This document shows positions 11,593 to 20,122 of a DNA stretch of 39,862 bases, piece by piece. The notes under the pieces were generated by a model that saw nothing but the letters and a program-made list of their open reading frames with translations, had not been told where the DNA came from and did no database searches. A program made the translations under genes and the position numbers. The stretch comes from Dehalococcoidales bacterium (GTDB lineage Bacteria > Chloroflexota > Dehalococcoidia > Dehalococcoidales > E44-bin46): NCBI GenBank assembly GCA_036481135.1, contig JAZGHN010000037.1, forward strand, positions 1 through 39,862. The letters are read 5' to 3'. The first letter of the stretch is position 1; each line of letters begins with the position of its first letter.

Positions 11593-13183
11593 CCTTTTTA
11601 GCCCTTTTAGTCTTCTTAGCCTTCTCGGTCTTCTTAGTCTTCTTAGCCTTCTCGGTCTTCTCGGTCTTCTCGGTCTTCTCAGCCTTCTCGGCCTTCTTAA
11701 CCTCCCCTACCTCCTCTATCTTCTCAACCTCCTCAGGCTGCTCGATCTCCTCAATCTCGTCTATCCTCCCGATATCCTCTATCGCCTCGATATCCTCCTC
11801 ATCAACTTCCACGGTCTTTGACACTCGGCGTCGCTTCTTAATCTTAATGCCATCCTGAACACTTGCCTTACCCCGACTGCTCTTCTTTTTCCTCTTAGAT
11901 TTAGCCGCAGGCTTAACCGCTGGAGGCACCAAAACATCCTCGGCAAACCTAACCTCACCTTTTTCTTCTACTACCGCCGGTTCAAGGGAAACCGGGGTAA
12001 GCGTGGCCTCCTTAGCTGCTACCTCTTCAGCCGTCTCTTCAGGAGCCGAAGCTGGCTCCACAACCGTTGGTACTTCGGCAGGAAGCTCTTCGCTCACTGT
12101 AGCCACCTCTGCCTCCTCCTTGGCTAAAAGCTCGGCTTCTGCCATCCTTGCCGCCTCAGCATCCGAGGCACTCTTGATATCAATTCGCCAGCCGGTTAGT
12201 TTCGCTGCCAGTCTAACGTTCTGCCCCTCTTTACCGATGGCTAATGAAAGCTGTTTATCAGGGACAACTACAGTAGCTACCTCATCATTGAGCCCAACTC
12301 TTAATACCTGGGCTGGACCAAGAGCATTAGTAATAAAAGCAGAGACATCTGGGCTCCAGGCGATAACATCTATCTTTTCACCGTTTAGCTCATTCACGAT
12401 ATTCTGTATCCTGATGCCACGCAGCCCAACACAACAACCAACCGGGTCAACACCCTCCTGATGTGCTGCTACAGCTACTTTACTCCGATAGCCAGCCTCA
12501 CGAGCAATTGCCTTTAACTCTACTATCCCATTAACAACTTCAGGAACCTCCAGCTCAAAAAGCCTCCGCAACATATCGGGGTGAGACCGTGATACCACCA
12601 CCCGAGACCCCCTGCTAGTCCGGCATACCTCCAAAAGGTAAACCTTAAGCCTCTGGCCCACCCGATACTTCTCATTGGGCACCTGCTCCACTGCTGGCAA
12701 TATTGCTTCTGTTCTACCCAAATCAATAAATATCTGCTTGGGCTCGATACGCCGCACCAACCCGGTGATAATATCGCCTTCCTTCCCAGCATATTCCCCA
12801 AATATGGCGCTATGCTCCGCTTCATGAAGCCGCTGGAGAATAACCTGCTTTGCCGTTTGGGCAGCAATGCGCCCAGCATTACGAGGGGTAGCTTCTACTT
12901 CAACAGTATCGTCAACGTCTACATCCGGCTTAATCTGACGTGCCTCATCTAGTGATATCTCACAGCGACTATCTGTCGGTGCTTCGACCACGGTTTTCTT
13001 AGCCCACACCTGAACCCTGCCAGTAGCGGAATCAATCTTAACCGAGATGTCCTGATTAGCAGCAAAGTTATCCTTCCTATAGGCTGATACCAACGCCGCC
13101 TCTACTGCCCCAATAACTACCTCTTTGGGCAGGTTCTTCTCAGCCGAGAGTTGAGTTATAGCAAGCAGAAAATCACTCTTCAC
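11576..13183 (-). CDS. nusA: Transcription termination/antitermination factor NusA with a long low-complexity E/K-rich C-terminal tail
   Basis: GTG start. The N-terminal, S1 and two KH regions are recognisable (GxxG-type motif in SLAIGKEGQNVRLAAKLTGWRIDI). The last ~190 aa are acidic and then KTEK/KAKK repeats. The stop is TAG. Confidence 0.9.
   Translation of the reverse strand: MKSDFLLAITQLSAEKNLPKEVVIGAVEAALVSAYRKDNFAANQDISVKIDSATGRVQVWAKKTVVEAPTDSRCEISLDEARQIKPDVDVDDTVEVEATPRNAGRIAAQTAKQVILQRLHEAEHSAIFGEYAGKEGDIITGLVRRIEPKQIFIDLGRTEAILPAVEQVPNEKYRVGQRLKVYLLEVCRTSRGSRVVVSRSHPDMLRRLFELEVPEVVNGIVELKAIAREAGYRSKVAVAAHQEGVDPVGCCVGLRGIRIQNIVNELNGEKIDVIAWSPDVSAFITNALGPAQVLRVGLNDEVATVVVPDKQLSLAIGKEGQNVRLAAKLTGWRIDIKSASDAEAARMAEAELLAKEEAEVATVSEELPAEVPTVVEPASAPEETAEEVAAKEATLTPVSLEPAVVEEKGEVRFAEDVLVPPAVKPAAKSKRKKKSSRGKASVQDGIKIKKRRRVSKTVEVDEEDIEAIEDIGRIDEIEEIEQPEEVEKIEEVGEVKKAEKAEKTEKTEKTEKAKKTKKTEKAKKTKRAKKVEKTE
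11590..11700. repeat. In-frame tandem repeats (9-nt unit cttctcggt, nested in a ~27-nt unit) encoding the KTEK/KAKKT tail of NusA
   Basis: ggtcttctc occurs three times consecutively, followed by variants (agccttctc, ggccttctt). tcttcttagccttctcggtcttc occurs twice. Confidence 0.8.
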
Positions 13184-13222
13184 CCCAGACTAAAACCTCC
13201 AAATTTAAAATTCCCCGCACAA

Positions 13223-13249
13223 CAAAAAAGTGGGATTAAACCCACTTCA
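13223..13249 (-). terminator. Candidate intrinsic terminator/attenuator in the nusA leader
   Basis: Minus strand: AAGTGGG-TTTAAT-CCCACTT followed by TTTTGTTG. 7-bp stem, 6-nt loop and a U-run, about 40 nt upstream of the nusA GTG. Confidence 0.4.
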
Positions 13250-13273
13250 CAACTTCATTCTTCTCCTAGGCAA

Positions 13274-13302
13274 AGTATAGCAAATTATCTTTTATAATGC
13301 AA
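13274..13302 (-). promoter_or_regulatory. Sigma70-type promoter, TTGCAT-N17-TATACT
   Basis: On the minus strand, -35 lies at 13302-13297 and -10 at 13279-13274. It sits upstream of the hairpin at 13223-13249 and of nusA. Confidence 0.4.
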
Positions 13303-13354
13303 GTTTATGATGCAAATCTTGGTATCATCACTCAATTCTGAGCCTTTCCTCCTC

Positions 13355-13483
13355 TTATTGCACTGTTTGCTTATGAGCTGTCTCTACATGCTTCTGCCAG
13401 CATTTCTCATGCACATAAACAGCACATTTAGCGCAATAGTAGATATGAGCTCTAGCTTCTTTCCCGCAAACAGGGCAATTCAT
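13355..13483 (-). CDS. Small Cys-rich zinc-finger protein, 42 aa (not in the ORF track)
   Basis: Hand translation: MNCPVCGKEARAHIYYCAKCAVYVHEKCWQKHVETAHKQTVQ*. CxxC...CxxC...H..C pattern. Lies 15 nt downstream of the secG stop. Confidence 0.45.
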   Translation of the reverse strand: MNCPVCGKEARAHIYYCAKCAVYVHEKCWQKHVETAHKQTVQ

Positions 13484-13498
13484 TAGTCACCTCAGTGA

Positions 13499-13720
13499 TT
13501 ATAAGCTGAGCCTGAGCGTAAACACTGCGATTACCAGGAATACACTGACCAAGACGATGGTAAGCTGGAACATGATCTTTTCCACGCCCCGTCTAGTCCG
13601 ATAGACGGTGCCAGGCTGACCGAAGATACCTCCCAGCCCCCCGCCACGAACCTGAAACAGAATAATAATTATCAAAGCTATAGCCACCACAATCTGGGCT
13701 ATATTGAGATAAGTTTGCAT
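13499..13720 (-). CDS. secG: Preprotein translocase subunit SecG
   Basis: 73 aa with two TM segments flanking the Gly-rich GGGLGGIFG loop. Confidence 0.8.
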   Translation of the reverse strand: MQTYLNIAQIVVAIALIIIILFQVRGGGLGGIFGQPGTVYRTRRGVEKIMFQLTIVLVSVFLVIAVFTLRLSL

Positions 13721-13721
13721 G

Positions 13722-15215
13722 CTACTCTTCCTCGAGCTTTCGTTTAAGCAATTCGTTTACCACCTGTGGATTGGCACGACCTTTGGTAGCTCTCATTACC
13801 TGCCCAACAAGAAACTTCAGAGCTGTTGCCTTACCCGCCTTATAGTCAGACACAGCCTGATTATTACCATTTATTACGGCGATGACCGCCTTTTCCAGCT
13901 CCTCAGCGTCACTAATCTGACTAAGTCTTTGCTCAGAAATAATTTCATCAGCGCTCTTACTAGTCTTGAACATTTCCTCAAGCACTAATTTGGCAGTGGT
14001 ACCGCTTACACTACCCTTCACTATTAAGTCCGCCAATCTAACAAGTCGTTCAGGACTGACCTTTTTTCTAAAGTCAACAATATCTATGTTATTAGCATTT
14101 GTTATGCGGCTGACCTCGCCTAAGAGCCAGTTACTTATCTCTTTAGCCCCTTTACCTTCCGGCAGTTTACTATACTCATTAGTCCTCAGGCAATCTTCAA
14201 AGTAGTCAGCCATTGCTCTGGAGCTGGTGAGAAGGTTAGCATCATATGTTGACAGGCCGTATTCAGCTACAAATCGGTCGCGCCTGGCTTCGGGCAACTC
14301 GGGGAGCTTTGACCTTACTTCCTCCGCCCACTCTCGGCTAAGAGTCAGCGGGGGGAGGTCCGGCTCAGGGAAGTAACGATAATCATGGGCATATTCCTTG
14401 CTGCGCTGGGAAACGGTTTTCCCCTTCTCCTCCACCCACCCCCTGGTCTCCTGAACCAGCCTCTTGCCCTCAGCTAATACCTTTCTCTGTCGGCTGGCCT
14501 CATACTCCAAAGCACGGTAGACCGCCTTGAAGCTATTCATATTCTTGACCTCAACCTTAGTAGCAGACTTCCGCCTATTCTCAGAACGAACACTGATGTT
14601 AGCATCACACCTGAAGCTCCCCTCCTCCATATTACCGGTGGATACACCCAGGTACTGAAGTATGCTGCGCAGCTTTATCAGATATTGCCTGGCTTCTTCC
14701 GGGGAGCGCAGGTCAGGTTCACCGACAACCTCCATTAGCGGCACGCCAGCCCGATTGACATCCACCAGACTATAAGACCCTGCGCCAGAGGTACAGTGGA
14801 CTAGCTTGGCGACATCCTCCTCAAGGTGGACACGGGTTATACCCACCCTCCTCTTTTCACCATCGACCTCAATAGCGAGCCACCCATGATGCCCGATGGG
14901 GCTATCATATTGAGAAATCTGATACCCCTTCATCAGGTCAGGGTAGGGGTAGTTCTTGCGGTCAAACTTGGTGTAATCAGAGATAGTGCAATGCAGGGCC
15001 AGGGCGGTCATCATAGTATATTCCACCGCCCTCCTATTAATGACAGGCAAGACCCCGGGCATCCCCAGGCACACCGGGCAGACATGGGTATTGGGTGGGG
15101 CACTGGCATAGTCGGCACTGCAACGACAGTACATCTTGCTCTTAGTCAATAATTGGGCATGGACCTCCAAACCGATAATAGTCTCGAAATTCACAGCCTG
15201 TGTTACCCTAATCAA
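13722..15215 (-). CDS. gatB: Asp/Glu-tRNA amidotransferase subunit B
   Basis: [13 protein letters not shown] and PGVLPV motifs, with a C-terminal YqeY/GatB tail ([15 protein letters not shown]). The stop is TAG. Confidence 0.95.
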   Translation of the reverse strand: MIRVTQAVNFETIIGLEVHAQLLTKSKMYCRCSADYASAPPNTHVCPVCLGMPGVLPVINRRAVEYTMMTALALHCTISDYTKFDRKNYPYPDLMKGYQISQYDSPIGHHGWLAIEVDGEKRRVGITRVHLEEDVAKLVHCTSGAGSYSLVDVNRAGVPLMEVVGEPDLRSPEEARQYLIKLRSILQYLGVSTGNMEEGSFRCDANISVRSENRRKSATKVEVKNMNSFKAVYRALEYEASRQRKVLAEGKRLVQETRGWVEEKGKTVSQRSKEYAHDYRYFPEPDLPPLTLSREWAEEVRSKLPELPEARRDRFVAEYGLSTYDANLLTSSRAMADYFEDCLRTNEYSKLPEGKGAKEISNWLLGEVSRITNANNIDIVDFRKKVSPERLVRLADLIVKGSVSGTTAKLVLEEMFKTSKSADEIISEQRLSQISDAEELEKAVIAVINGNNQAVSDYKAGKATALKFLVGQVMRATKGRANPQVVNELLKRKLEEE

Positions 15216-15227
15216 TCAAATAAAACC

Positions 15228-16571
15228 TCAGAGGATAGGCAAATACTTCTTTAATTCATACCCAGTAACCTGAACGCGATACTGTTCCCACTCAATCTTC
15301 TTATTTTGGATAAAACTTTCAAAGACATGGTCGCCAAGAGCCTTTCTCACCAGCGGGCTATTTTCAGTCAGGCTTATGGCATCAATCAGGTTCATGGGTA
15401 AATGGCCTATACCTTTTTGCTTTCTCTCCTCACTGGTCATCTCAAAAACGTTTTCCTCAACGGGGTCAACCAATTCATACTCCTTCTCAATACCCTCCAG
15501 GCCGGCAGCCAGCATTACACTGAAAGCCAGGTAAGGGTTACAGGCGGGGTCAGGAACCCTGAACTCGACTCTGGTAGCGTTTTCCTTCCCTAGTTGATAT
15601 TCAGGAACTCTAATCATATCTGAGCGGTTTCTCCTTGCCCAGGAAAGGTAAACCGGGGCTTCATATCCGGAGACCAAGCGCTTATAGGAATTGAGCCACT
15701 GGCTGACCACCGCGGTAATTTCTGGGGCATGCTTTAGCAGACCGGCAATATAGTGCTTGGCTTCTTTTGATAGGTAGTACGGGTCATTTTTATCATAGAA
15801 GGCATTCCTGCCCCCTTTAAACAGCGATTGATGCACATGCATGCCGCTGCCATTGACACCGAAGATAGGCTTAGGCATAAAGGTGGCGTAGATGCCATTC
15901 TTTAAAGCCACCTCTTTAATTACCAATCGGCAGGTCATAACACTATCAGCCATAGTCAAGGCGTCATCATAGCGCAGGTCTAACTCATGCTGGCTGGTAG
16001 CCACCTCATGATGGACATACTGGACACTGATGCCCATTTGCTCCAGCGTGAGCACGGTCTCCATTCTTAAATCACTACCGATATCAGGTGGGGTTAAATC
16101 AAAGTAGCCCCCCTCATCCAGGATATGCGTCCCCTCAGCATTCTGGAAATAGAAGTATTCCAGTTCCGGTCCTACATTGAAGGTGTAACCCATATCAGAG
16201 GCTCTTTTAAGATTTCTCTTGAGCACATATCGGGGGTCACCTTCAAAGGGCTGCCCGCCGGGTTTTATGATGTCACAAAACATCCTAGCTACAGGGTATT
16301 GCGGCTGGCTCCAGGGCAGGATTTGAAAGGTGGCGGGGTCGGGCAGGGCCAGCATATCACTCTCGTCAATCCTGGCGAAACCCTCAATAGAAGAACCGTC
16401 AAATCCTGCTCCGTGGGCTAATACCTCTTCTAGCTCCCTGGGGGTAATATCAAAATTCTTGAGGAAGCCCAGAATGTCAGCGAACCATAGACTAATTAAT
16501 TTAACATCCTTGTCCTTAACTATTTTGAGAACACGTTGTTTGGCTTCTTCCTTTTTGTTAACCAATTTCAC
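15228..16571 (-). CDS. glnA: Glutamine synthetase type I
   Basis: 447 aa with GTG start. Motifs FDGSSIEGF, GSGMHVHQS and NRSDMIRVP. Confidence 0.95.
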   Translation of the reverse strand: MKLVNKKEEAKQRVLKIVKDKDVKLISLWFADILGFLKNFDITPRELEEVLAHGAGFDGSSIEGFARIDESDMLALPDPATFQILPWSQPQYPVARMFCDIIKPGGQPFEGDPRYVLKRNLKRASDMGYTFNVGPELEYFYFQNAEGTHILDEGGYFDLTPPDIGSDLRMETVLTLEQMGISVQYVHHEVATSQHELDLRYDDALTMADSVMTCRLVIKEVALKNGIYATFMPKPIFGVNGSGMHVHQSLFKGGRNAFYDKNDPYYLSKEAKHYIAGLLKHAPEITAVVSQWLNSYKRLVSGYEAPVYLSWARRNRSDMIRVPEYQLGKENATRVEFRVPDPACNPYLAFSVMLAAGLEGIEKEYELVDPVEENVFEMTSEERKQKGIGHLPMNLIDAISLTENSPLVRKALGDHVFESFIQNKKIEWEQYRVQVTGYELKKYLPIL

Positions 16572-16654
16572 AATCTCCTTGTCGCCTACTCGGCGACAAT
16601 TTTAATTTGGTTAAATATTACCCTACTTTTATTTCCTTGTCTAGCTCGCTGCGC

Positions 16655-16683
16655 TTAATAAAAGAGCTCAGATATGTTATAAT
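16655..16683 (+). promoter_or_regulatory. Candidate promoter with extended -10 (TGtTATAAT) for the tRNA-Ala/tRNA-Arg pair
   Basis: TATAAT at 16678-16683 preceded by TGt, and a weak -35 TTAATA at 16655-16660 (17-nt spacer). The tRNA starts at 16701. Confidence 0.45.
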
Positions 16684-16700
16684 TTTTGTTGCTGAGAGGT

Positions 16701-16776
16701 GGGGATATAGCTCAACTGGGAGAGCGCTGCGTTCGCATCGCAGAGGTCGGGGGTTCGAATCCCCCTATCTCCACCA
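16701..16776 (+). tRNA. tRNA-Ala(CGC)
   Basis: Cloverleaf folded by hand. Acceptor GGGGATA/TATCTCC with G3:U70, anticodon loop TTCGCAT, T-loop TTCGAAT, encoded CCA. Confidence 0.9.
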
Positions 16777-16785
16777 ATATATTAT

Positions 16786-16861
16786 GCCCCTGTAGCTCAG
16801 GTGGATAGAGCAACGGTTTCCTAAACCGTGTGCCCGGGTTCGAGTCCCGGCAGGGGTACCA
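16786..16861 (+). tRNA. tRNA-Arg(CCT)
   Basis: Acceptor GCCCCTG/CAGGGGT (a G1-U72 wobble), anticodon loop TTCCTAA, T-loop TTCGAGT, encoded CCA. Confidence 0.85.
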
Positions 16862-16957
16862 CACAGCTAAATCCCCTTCAGCAGAGGCCTTCACCATTTG
16901 CACCCAACTATGGGTTTTTGCTGCCCTCTTTTGAATATTCTCTCATCTAGTTGAGGG

Positions 16958-16986
16958 TTGACAAACGGCGAAACTGAATGTATACT
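16958..16986 (+). promoter_or_regulatory. Near-consensus sigma70 promoter, TTGACA-N17-TATACT
   Basis: TTGACA at 16958-16963 and TATACT at 16981-16986. Lies ~280 nt upstream of the AOR start codon, implying a long leader. Confidence 0.5.
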
Positions 16987-17262
16987 CCGAATTACTCCGG
17001 GATTTACCCTGAGTATGACTAATGGTTGACCACGTCTCCGTGTTTATATGGCCGGAGGGGTGTAAAAATAGGGGTTGGACTGAGACCAATCCTGTAGACC
17101 TAAACTACTGGGAACTTCAACATTGGGTCATCCCTGAAGATATCTATCCAAAAGAAGGGATAGTGTGACTTTTAAATGATGGGGATGCGCCATTTTTATT
17201 GCAACCCCCAAATGATAAAACTCTTAGTTGAATAAAGACAGACGGTTGGTTTAGGAGAAACA

Positions 17263-19128
17263 ATGCTCCCTCAAAGGGTTGCTTACTTAGATTTAAACAC
17301 AAGGAAGGTCGAACTCAAAGATATCCCCGAGGAAATAACCAAAAAATTTCTAGGCGGTCGGGGAATAAATATGTATCTGCTTTACCAGCATACTAAGCCT
17401 GGGATCGACCCCCTATCCCCGGAAAACCCCCTCATTATAGGGCCGGGACTGCTAACCGGATTAAAGGGAATCAGCGCTTCGAGGTCTAATATCTCGGGGA
17501 AATCTCCTGAGACAGGGCTCCTGGGAGATTCGAATATAGGGGGTGATTTTGGGGCATTCATGAAAAGGACGGGTATCGACTTTCTATTTATTACTGGTGC
17601 TGCTCAAAAGCCTGCTTATATTTATCTGGACGGTGAGAGTATCAGCGTAGAAGATGCCCAGGACTTATGTGGAAAATCCACTATAGAAACTAATACCATA
17701 TTAACCAAGCGCTATGGCCCGTCAAGTCAGTCCATTTCTATCGGGATAGCGGGGGAAAATTTAGTGCGCTTTGCCTGCATTATCAACAAGAGAAAGAATG
17801 CCGCTGCCAGGACAGGCATGGGCTGTCTCATGGGGGCTAAGAAGATAAAGGCCATCGTGGTCAAGGGAAGAAAACAGATAAAGCCCGAGGACAAAGGCAG
17901 ATTTGATGCTTTAGTGAAAGCACTTCAGCAGCGGTTAAATGAAGAGCGTTTGGTGAAGCTATTAGGAGAACTTGGCTCTCCCTACCTTTTTATACTGATC
18001 AATCGAATGATTGGCATGGGACGAGCCTATAATGGGCTTTCTACAAAGTTTCCCGAAAACGAGGATATCTCGCCCCAGATACTAAAGGAAAAATATTATC
18101 AAAGAAAAGAAGGTTGTTTCTCCTGTCCCGTTGCCTGCCATCATGAATACAGGGTGGGTGAAATAAGAAACGAGGGCCCAGACTATACCACTCTTAGCAG
18201 CTTTGGCCCTGTTCTGGGCATAGGAAAATTAGAAACGGTCCTCATTATAAATGACCTGATAAATCGCTACGGGCTGGATGCTAGCTCCACAGCCAACCTC
18301 ATTGCCTGGGCGATTGAATTATTCCAAGAGGGTCTCATCGATGAAAAGGTAACCCACGGCTTGAAGCTCGATTGGGGAGACGGAGAAGCCGTCAAGGAGT
18401 TGATTCACCAGATTGCTCACAGAAAAGGCTTTGGCGACCTCCTGGCCAATGGAGCGAGGGAGGCGGTAGGGCAACTGGGTGGAGAAACCGGCAATCACCT
18501 TATCTGGACCAAGTATTTACCCCAATCAGACCCGGTGGATTTGAGGGTTTTCCCTGCCTACGCCCTAGGAAATTCCGTCGCCTCCAGGGGTTCTGACCAT
18601 CTAAGAAGTCGGCCCACCTGGGAAGGTTACGGCCTCCCCGAAGAAGACCTGAAGACTATTTATGGCGGGTATGTTCCCTCCGACCCCCGCAGTTATCAGG
18701 GAAAAGGCAGGGTAATCTGGTGGAGGGAGACATACCTTTCTTTGTTTGATGCCTTGGGACTATGTAAACAGATTGCCTTAGCCTGTCAACCCGGTGTGTA
18801 TGACTTCGCCTTTTTCTCGGAGCTGATTCGCTGCGCCACAGGTCTTGATTTAACACCAGAGGAAATTTTTGCCGTGGGGGAGCGGATTGTAACCTTGGAA
18901 AGAATGTTTATTGTCAGGGAGGGAGTAAAAAGAGAGGATGACTTCCCGCCCCAGAGGTATTTTGAGCCTTTAGCCTGGCAGGATGGACTCAAACCGGCGG
19001 AGAGGAACCTGAAGCTGGATAGGGCGAATTTTGAGCAAATGCTGGATGAGTATTACCAGCTTCGCGGCTGGAATGGAGAAGGTAGCCCTCTGGAGAAAAC
19101 AAAAATGCGTTTGGGTTTAGGCCAATGA
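17263..19128 (+). CDS. Aldehyde:ferredoxin oxidoreductase family protein (tungstopterin/4Fe-4S type)
   Basis: 621 aa with AGGAG SD. AOR-family layout with the C-x2-C-x3-C motif (CFSCPVACHH) and downstream D..GLC (FDALGLCK). Confidence 0.85.
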   Translation: MLPQRVAYLDLNTRKVELKDIPEEITKKFLGGRGINMYLLYQHTKPGIDPLSPENPLIIGPGLLTGLKGISASRSNISGKSPETGLLGDSNIGGDFGAFMKRTGIDFLFITGAAQKPAYIYLDGESISVEDAQDLCGKSTIETNTILTKRYGPSSQSISIGIAGENLVRFACIINKRKNAAARTGMGCLMGAKKIKAIVVKGRKQIKPEDKGRFDALVKALQQRLNEERLVKLLGELGSPYLFILINRMIGMGRAYNGLSTKFPENEDISPQILKEKYYQRKEGCFSCPVACHHEYRVGEIRNEGPDYTTLSSFGPVLGIGKLETVLIINDLINRYGLDASSTANLIAWAIELFQEGLIDEKVTHGLKLDWGDGEAVKELIHQIAHRKGFGDLLANGAREAVGQLGGETGNHLIWTKYLPQSDPVDLRVFPAYALGNSVASRGSDHLRSRPTWEGYGLPEEDLKTIYGGYVPSDPRSYQGKGRVIWWRETYLSLFDALGLCKQIALACQPGVYDFAFFSELIRCATGLDLTPEEIFAVGERIVTLERMFIVREGVKREDDFPPQRYFEPLAWQDGLKPAERNLKLDRANFEQMLDEYYQLRGWNGEGSPLEKTKMRLGLGQ

Positions 19129-20120
19129 AGATAGCTATTATCGGCGCAGGAGCAATAGGTGCTTTAGTGGCTGGCTACCTCGCCAAAGAGGGCAGCGATG
19201 TCACCTTAGTTGGCAAAAAGAAGAACGTTTCAGCTATCAAAAAGAACGGCCTTATCATAGAAGGGGTGAGAGGAAGAATAGCCGTTCCAGTTAAGGTGAC
19301 AGATAAACTGGAAAAAGGCGCCGATTCGGTTATTTTGGCGGTTAAGACACAAGATATTGCTTCCACAATAAGCGACAATATCCAGGCCTTAAAGGACGTC
19401 CCCGTTCTCACCGTACAGAATGGAGTGCGGGCAGAAGAACGCCTTTCCGAATTTATCCCCAGAGAAAAGATTATCAGCAGTGTTGTCCTGTTTGGGATCA
19501 CATATCTTGAGCCAGGGAAGGTGGTCCATAACTTTGAAGGGGATTGGCTCATCGGCAAGGCATTTGTTCGGAATGATGGAGAGGTGGAGGCGATAAGAAA
19601 CCTTTTAAGCAACGCCTTCACTGTCCATGTCACCGAAGGAATAAGGGGAATGAAGTGGGTGAAGCTCTTCTTAAACTTGAATAATTGCCTTCCTGCGCTA
19701 ACCGGAAAAAGCATGCAGGAAACCTTTTCTCACCCAGAGATTTGTAAGGTAAGCATACGCCTCTTGCATGAAGCGCTGATGATAGTTGACCAAGCAGAGG
19801 TCAAGTTGGAGTCTCTGCCAGATTTCCCTGTGGAAAGGCTGCGGGCATTAACCGACATGCCGCTGGATAAAGCAAGCAAGATATTTTCGCAGACAATGAC
19901 CAATTTAAGCAAGGAGCCACTTTATGGCTCTATTCTTCAAAGTATACAGAGGGGGAGACCCTCTGAAATCGATTATTTCAACGGGGAGATAGTCTATTTG
20001 GGAGGGCAGATAGGGGTAGCAGCCCCTCTAAATGAGAAGTTGGCAAGAATGGTGCACAAAGTGGAAAGAGGGGGCGAGTTTTCCAGCCCAGAAGAAATTT
20101 TGAGCGAAGTTGGGAGGTAA
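19125..20120 (+). CDS. 2-dehydropantoate 2-reductase (ApbA/PanE) family NAD(P)-dependent oxidoreductase
   Basis: N-terminal MKIAIIGAGAIGALVAGYL Rossmann motif. 331 aa. ATGA overlap with the AOR stop. Confidence 0.7.
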   Translation: MKIAIIGAGAIGALVAGYLAKEGSDVTLVGKKKNVSAIKKNGLIIEGVRGRIAVPVKVTDKLEKGADSVILAVKTQDIASTISDNIQALKDVPVLTVQNGVRAEERLSEFIPREKIISSVVLFGITYLEPGKVVHNFEGDWLIGKAFVRNDGEVEAIRNLLSNAFTVHVTEGIRGMKWVKLFLNLNNCLPALTGKSMQETFSHPEICKVSIRLLHEALMIVDQAEVKLESLPDFPVERLRALTDMPLDKASKIFSQTMTNLSKEPLYGSILQSIQRGRPSEIDYFNGEIVYLGGQIGVAAPLNEKLARMVHKVERGGEFSSPEEILSEVGR

Positions 20121-20122
20121 GA

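Noticed and set aside
11590-11700. Regularly spaced short repeats that superficially look like a CRISPR array or minisatellite
   Set aside because: The units are 9 nt and ~27 nt with no unique spacers. They are in frame within nusA and encode low-complexity peptide.
11519-11821. 100-aa plus-strand ORF with a striking LLSLLGLL leucine-rich repeat
   Set aside because: It is the antisense translation of the KTEK/KAKK repeat tail of nusA. It has no SD and lies entirely inside two well-supported minus-strand genes.
16607-16903. Two 62-63 aa ORFs (16607-16795 + and 16712-16903 -)
   Set aside because: They overlap tRNA-Ala and tRNA-Arg. Translations such as GFEPPTS and GSNPGT are the typical artefacts of reading through T-arms.
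16987-17262. Possible Moco/tungsten-cofactor riboswitch in the AOR leader
   Set aside because: I could not find the conserved Moco-motif elements on the sense strand. A CCTCCGGCC-like string appears only on the antisense strand. I left it as an unassigned leader.
19175-19714. 179-aa antisense ORF inside the PanE-like reductase gene, and similar long antisense ORFs at 24573-25049, 12003-12461, 33490-33942, 31100-31525 and 35075-35533
   Set aside because: All lie opposite genes with strong family motifs, have Ser/Leu/Pro-rich low-information composition, and lack SD sequences.
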